Positions 58,656-64,000 of a stretch of DNA of 64,000 nt are shown here, in pieces. Every line of letters starts with the position of its first letter. Within the stretch, counting starts at the first letter, position 1. Below the pieces are notes generated by a model. It did no database searches and was not told the DNA's origin. It worked only from the letters and a program-made list of their open reading frames with translations. The stretch lies in the NCBI GenBank assembly GCA_034523115.1, contig JAXHKS010000024.1, positions 7,846 to 71,845 on the forward strand. Direction: 5' to 3'. The position numbers and the translations under genes were made by a program. This DNA is from Flavobacteriaceae bacterium. Its GTDB lineage: Bacteria > Bacteroidota > Bacteroidia > Flavobacteriales > Flavobacteriaceae.

Positions 58656-60460
58656 ATGACTACAAATACTTCAGCACATACTTTTCACATCCCGGTAATG
58701 GGTTTGGCTTATACCATAGACAGTCCTATAAGGGTTGCCAAATTTGGCATTGACTCCGTAATATCTATTATGGATGATGAACTTATCGAAAGGATGAATG
58801 CTTTTTATGCAGAAAAATTTCAATTGCCTTATAACGAAATATCAAGAAAAGTTCATGATTACAGGGCAAAAAGAATTACGGCTTACCTCGATCTGGTCGA
58901 TACCATTGTAAAGAAAAAGTTTGAGGATTTTAAAAACGAACTCACAGAAAGCAAAGAAAGCCTTCAGGAATTTATTGCAATGCTGCCCGGTACCTCAGAA
59001 CTGAAAACCGGCTTTGAGAATATATCTTTCAAAGGGGCAGCCTGCAAAACCCAGCTCTTGAATTACATAGAAAATAACCTTAGCCACGGGAACATTGATG
59101 TGAACATCATGACGAAACTGGATAAGGACAATTTTATTGGAAATGAGCAGCTTCCCGTTGAATTCAATGACGCACATGCCGCTTTAAAGAGGCTTCGCAA
59201 ACAGCAGGGTGAGTTTCGTGGTGCTTTCTGCCGGAATGAATCCCAGACTGTTCAGCTATTTTGAGCAGTTTAGGAGTTTCTTTCCAGATGCAAAAATGAA
59301 CTTAAGAAGAAAATCATACTTAAGGTGAGTGATTTCAGGTCTGCCATGATACAGGGAAGCTTTTTGGCAAAAAAAGGGCTGTGGGTGTCGGAATACCGGA
59401 TCGAATCAGGTTTAAACTGCGGTGGTCATGCGTTTGCAACGGACGGTTTCCTGCTCGGCCCAATCCTTGAGGAGTTCAAACAGAAAAAATCACAGCTCGT
59501 TGAAGCTGCCTATGGCCTGTGGGCCAAAGCGCTGGAGCTACAAAGGCGAATCTGGTACCCGGGCAACCACACAACTTAAAAGTACCGTTCAGGGAGGGGT
59601 GGGAACTGCTGAGGAACACGAATTTTTATTAACACACTACCAGGCAGACTCAGTGGGCTGGGGAACACCCTTTTTATTGGTGCCCGAAGCAACTTGAGTG
59701 ATCTGCTACCACGAAAGTTGTTGATGGAGGCAAAGGAAGATGATTTTCTACTCAGTTTGTCACCTTTAGGCGTTCCGTTTAATACCGTAAAAGGGACAAC
59801 CAATGAAGCCATCAGGGCGGAAAGAATCCTGGAACACGATGCGGGCAGTTCTGTCCGAAAAGATTTTTGGCATTGAGCAAGGAATACGATAACAAAGGGA
59901 TGTGCACTGCTTCCAGAAAATACCAGGAGATCAAAATTTCAGAAACTGGAAGAACAAAGATCTGAACTCTCCGGAATCTGTGTTTACCATAAAATGGATG
60001 TGATCAGAGAAAAAGCCTGTCTCTGTGGGGTCTGGCCAATGCGGCCTATCTGGAAAACCATATCTCAGTGTAAGGGTCAGGAACACGGGGTGGTCATTTG
60101 CCCGGGCCCGAATATGGCCTATTTTTTAAAGGAAGTATCACTGAAGAAATGATACAACATATTTATGGCAGGACCTCTGTAATGACCGACAGCAACAGGC
60201 CAAACATGTTTATCAAGGAATTGGGCATGTATGTGGATTACCTGAAAAACGAGATCGGTAAACATGGACATACAAAACAACAACCAGTTTAAAAAACTAA
60301 AAGCTTTTCAATCGAACCTGCTAGAGGGCATCGCCTATTACAAAGAAAAAGTCTCGCTGAGGCTAATTTCTTTGAATCCGGCAAGGATAAAATGGATGAA
60401 CAACTCCGTTTTTATGAAAAAAAGAGATTGAAAATATTTCTTTGGAGGTAATGCTTGATT
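58656..60460 (+). CDS. Uncharacterised ~600-aa enzyme-like protein, many indels; 3' end approximate
   Basis: Colinear fragments HTFHIPVMG, DVNIMTK, LKVSDFRSA, RIESGLNCGGHAF, VQGGVGT, GWGTPFLLVPEA, SPLGVPF, KACLC, ICPGPNMAYF. Confidence 0.75.
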
Positions 60461-60555
60461 TTGATCTTTCCAAAGATAAAACAAAAATTCAGTTCCTACA
60501 GAAAATAAAAATTGCATGATAATTTAAATTCACTTACTATTGTGAAAAATAGTTT

Positions 60556-61706
60556 ATGAATTCAAGTATTTCCCGCCTTCATGTAGTAGATGCGCTGCGC
60601 GGTTTTGCGCTGGTAGCCATTCTTCTTCTGCACAACCTAGAACATTTTGACTTCTATTACTTGCCGGAAAATTTGCCGGCATGGATGAAAACCGCTGGAT
60701 AAGGGGATCTGGGACACTTATTTTTTTATTTGCAGTAACCTATGCTATTTTCGCCCTGCTTTTTGGCTTGACCTTTTATATACAATCCAGCAACCAGCAG
60801 AAAAAAGGAAAGGAATTTAGCGGGAGGTTTATCTGGAGGTTGTTCCTTTTGCTTCTTTTCGGACTTTTCAATTCTATTTTTTCAGGGAGATATTCTTAGA
60901 GATCTATGCCGTTATAGGTATTGTTTTGGTCCTTGTCTCAAAATTCAGTGACAAGACCGTTTTTTGGATTGCGGTTGTACTGATGCTTCAGCCTTTGGAA
61001 TGGTTCCATCTTATTCAGGCCCTGCAAAATCCTGAGGCGCAAATTGGCCTATCCTGTGTCTTGGTCCTATTTTGGAAAATGGTTGCCATATATTCCCAGT
61101 TCATTGTTGCATACAGCCATCGGGAATCTGACCAATGGCAAAATAGCGGTGATGCTCTGGAATTATGAGAACGGAAGGTTTTTTCAGACTGCGTCACTTT
61201 TTATGCTGGGCATGCTGGCAGGCAGAAGGTCAATCTTCGAAATGTCTCCGGTAAATAAAGATTTTTGTGACACTTGCGTACCGCTGCATCATTTTTATCC
61301 CTCTTCTGGTGAAACTTGGGCTTCCGAAATGATCAGCAGTGAAGCTTTGCGCAGACCACTTGAAACAATCATCAGTTCCTGGGCAAATATCGCTTTTATG
61401 CTCGTGTTGGTAGCTGTTTTTTACCTGCTTTTCCGCAACAGTTATTTTCAGAAAAAGTTGGCTGTTTTTTCTCCTATTGGGCGCATGAGTTTGTCAAATT
61501 ATGTCTTCCAAACTCATCATCGGATCTCTTTATTATCGGCATCTGGATTGGCTTTGTACAAATACACCGGGGCTACCTACAGCCTGGTCATAGGCATCGT
61601 TTTTGCCACGATCCTGGGCCTTTTCAGTACCTGGTGGATGAAAAGGCACAAGCACGGACCTCTGGAAACCCTTTGGCATAAAGCCACCTGGGCATTTTCA
61701 AAATAG
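60556..61706 (+). CDS. DUF418-family (YeiB-like) membrane protein, fragmented
   Basis: RLHVVDALRGFAL, YAIFALLFG, IGRMSLSNY, HGPLETLW. Confidence 0.88.
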
Positions 61707-61986
61707 CCGGCTGTTGATTAATGTTGGTGATGCATCGCTGAATAAGTCAAAAGAGGTAACTGCATTTGTGGTTCAAACACAGCCTGATCAGCCATAAATA
61801 AAGGCCGGATTCCTTAAAATACTCGGCAAAAATCCAATTTCCCTATATTTAATTATTTAACATATTTCGATTTGAAATTTATGGAATTTATTATTTATAG
61901 GAGATTTCATTTTGAATACAGTAAATTTATCGGCTTTACAGCCAAAGTTTTAGGGCCTTTGCTTAGGGATTTTGACAAAAACGAAG

Positions 61987-61994
61987 TATATTTG
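61987..61994 (+). promoter_or_regulatory. -7 promoter element (TATATTTG) upstream of the radical-SAM gene
   Basis: TAnnTTTG match 79 nt upstream of ATG 62074. Confidence 0.45.
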
Positions 61995-62073
61995 AGCATG
62001 GCTTGATGAATCAGTGAACACAAGGATTCAACTGCTATATGGTATATTATTTTCTTCTCTAAATCATTTTGAA

Positions 62074-63649
62074 ATGCGTACAGATTTTGAAATAAAAGAA
62101 CCCCGATTAATAGATGTTAAAGAACTAATCCGAAAATACAATTATGAGGATGAAATAAGTGCGTCTATAGAAACCGAGAACCTGCTGCCTGGCGGGAATC
62201 CTGCACCGGTTGCACGCATGCTATCCGCAGCATTCAGGTTCAAGTAAAAGTTCTGAGTTTTTATTCAAGGAGAAAGACCATTATTCAGGTATAGAGGTTT
62301 CAGAGAAATCCTGTCCTGTTTGAAAAGAATGGCATTGATATAGGCTACCAGAAAGAGCGCGAATTTTTTCTGGAAGTGTACCGTTTTCTGGCAACCAAAC
62401 ACAGCCTGAATGCCATTGACTGGAATAACTTTGAAAAAGATTTCATGTTTCAGCTCATTTTTCCGCAGCCGGACATGATCAGCCGGGAAGAAGTAGCCAT
62501 TTATGAAGCTGCGAGAACAAAAGAAGAAAGGGCCAAAGTGGTGGAAGCCTACCAAGAAGACCAATCCGCACGACGGCCATCAAAAATTAAACAAACCCTG
62601 GTTTCTTGATGATGAGGGGCATCTGGAAGATCTTCAGGAAGCCAGCACAAATACCCCTCCGGTTCAACTGGTCTTTGACAAGACAACCCAGAACTGTTTC
62701 GCATTTTGCACCTATTGTTTTAGGCATGCACAGGTGCGGGGAGATGAGGATATGTTCGTGCAGCGGGATATAGACCAACTGCATGCCTATTTAAGAATAC
62801 ACCAGGAAATAACGGATATCCTGATCACAGGTGGTGATGCGGGTTATATCACCTACAGCAGGCTAAAACAATACGTCCTTCCATTTATTGAAGATGATAC
62901 CCTGCTTCAGATCAAAACCCTCAGGCTGGTTTAAGGGCGCTTACCTTTCAACCTGAACTGATGAAAGACGCTTACAAACCCATTCTGGAATCGTCTTCAG
63001 AAACTTATAGAAAACGGCCATCCAGGTGCTGTGGATGGCTCATTTTTACTCGCCGAAAGAGCTGTTAAATCCTGAGTACCATCGCTGCCATTACGCAGGT
63101 TGAAAAAATACGGACTTACATAAAAAGCCAAAGTCCGATTATGAACCACATCAGTTTGTTCTCTGATAAAAACGGAAAGGTAGATATAGACCGATCTGCC
63201 CAAAACTGGATAGACCTTGGAAACATCCTGGCCATGCTGGGCATAGGATTCCATTCGATGTATTGTGCCAGACCTACCGGTGAGCACCATTATTTCACCG
63301 CACCCTGGCGGATATCAACAAAGTCTTTCAGCAAGGTGTTTAAAACCCTGGCATCCATCAACCGTCCGTCAAGGTATATCACCATGACCTCTTCGGCAGG
63401 CAAGGTTTCCATGCTGGGCACGGCCATAGTAAATGGCTGAAAAGTTTTCGCCTAAAATTCAATGAAGCGAGGAATATGGACTGGATGGATAAGGTTTACT
63501 TAGCCAAATACGATGAAAAGGAAAAACCATAGACAAACTAAAACCCTACGATACTGAACAAATATTCTCATGAAGAAGAACTTACTATGATAGAAGATTA
63601 GCTGGCAGATGCTTTGGAAAAAGAGATTGTTAAATCTGAGCACGCATGA
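62074..63649 (+). CDS. KamA-family radical-SAM/PLP aminomutase-like protein, many indels
   Basis: FQLIFPQPDM, SQHKYP, CFAFCTYCFR (CxxxCxxC, 62695-62718), DILITGGD, WMAHF, MTSSAGKV. Confidence 0.85.
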
Positions 63650-64000
63650 TCAATAAAATAATGGGGAGTGCCCATGAAGCAGTAGCCGACATTCATGACG
63701 GGGCTACTGTCATGATCAGCGGCTTTGGAGAGGCCGGGAGTCCGATAGAGTTGATCCATGCCTTAATTGATCTGGGAGCAAAAAACCTCACGGTTGTGAG
63801 CAACAATACGGGCAGTGGCAATGTGGGCCTGGCCGCCCTCATAGAGAACCCGGCAGGTTAAAAAAATGATCTGTTCTTTTGCGAGAACGGCAAACTCAAC
63901 CGTATTTCCTGATTTGTACCGAAAAGGCGAGATCGAGCTCGAACTCGTGCCTCAGGGCACACTTGCCGAAAGGATCAGGGCAGGGGGTGCCGGCATTCCT
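63646..64000 (+). CDS. 3-oxoacid CoA-transferase subunit A (PcaI-like), truncated by the window end
   Basis: MINKI...[52 protein letters not shown]; ATGA overlap with the upstream stop. Confidence 0.9.

Overview
Core-chromosome segment of an AT-rich Bacteroidota genome, most likely a Flavobacteriaceae member (TAnnTTTG -7 promoter elements, no Shine-Dalgarno pattern, flavobacterial gene content). The sequence behaves like a raw or unpolished long read: many ordinary and even essential genes (leuB/C/D, clpB, ppc, lptD, menA) carry single-base indels, and there are garbled low-complexity patches at ~1.8-1.9 kb and ~56.8-57.8 kb. I therefore joined the ORF fragments into genes rather than calling pseudogenes. 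Content: dipeptidase, leuCD-cimA-leuB, SF2 helicase, acyltransferase, NUDIX, bshA, SRAP, a B12 uptake locus with a clear cobalamin riboswitch, two tandem TonB-type barrels around an unannotated 56-aa membrane protein, arsC/tatD/ogt, a ~1,130-aa outer-membrane protein, ppc, hsp20-clpB, ytxJ, fahA, glyA, maf/ubiA-like/smpB, K+ channel, exonuclease, M28 peptidase, ridA, lptD, amidase-mlaD-FeS pair-menA, a copper-uptake cassette, MBL hydrolase, a ~600-aa unknown enzyme, DUF418, and a KamA-like radical-SAM gene coupled to a 3-oxoacid CoA-transferase. No tRNA, rRNA, CRISPR or mobile element was seen. Best leads: (1) a Cys-rich, Pro-Pro-terminated leader ORF before an OprC-type (CxxxM/HxM) copper receptor, with a second paralogous palindrome+leader unit downstream; (2) a radical-SAM aminomutase translationally coupled to a PcaI-like transferase; (3) sigma54-type -24/-12 promoters plus shared TGnCA-N3-TGnCA repeats upstream of hsp20 and clpB.
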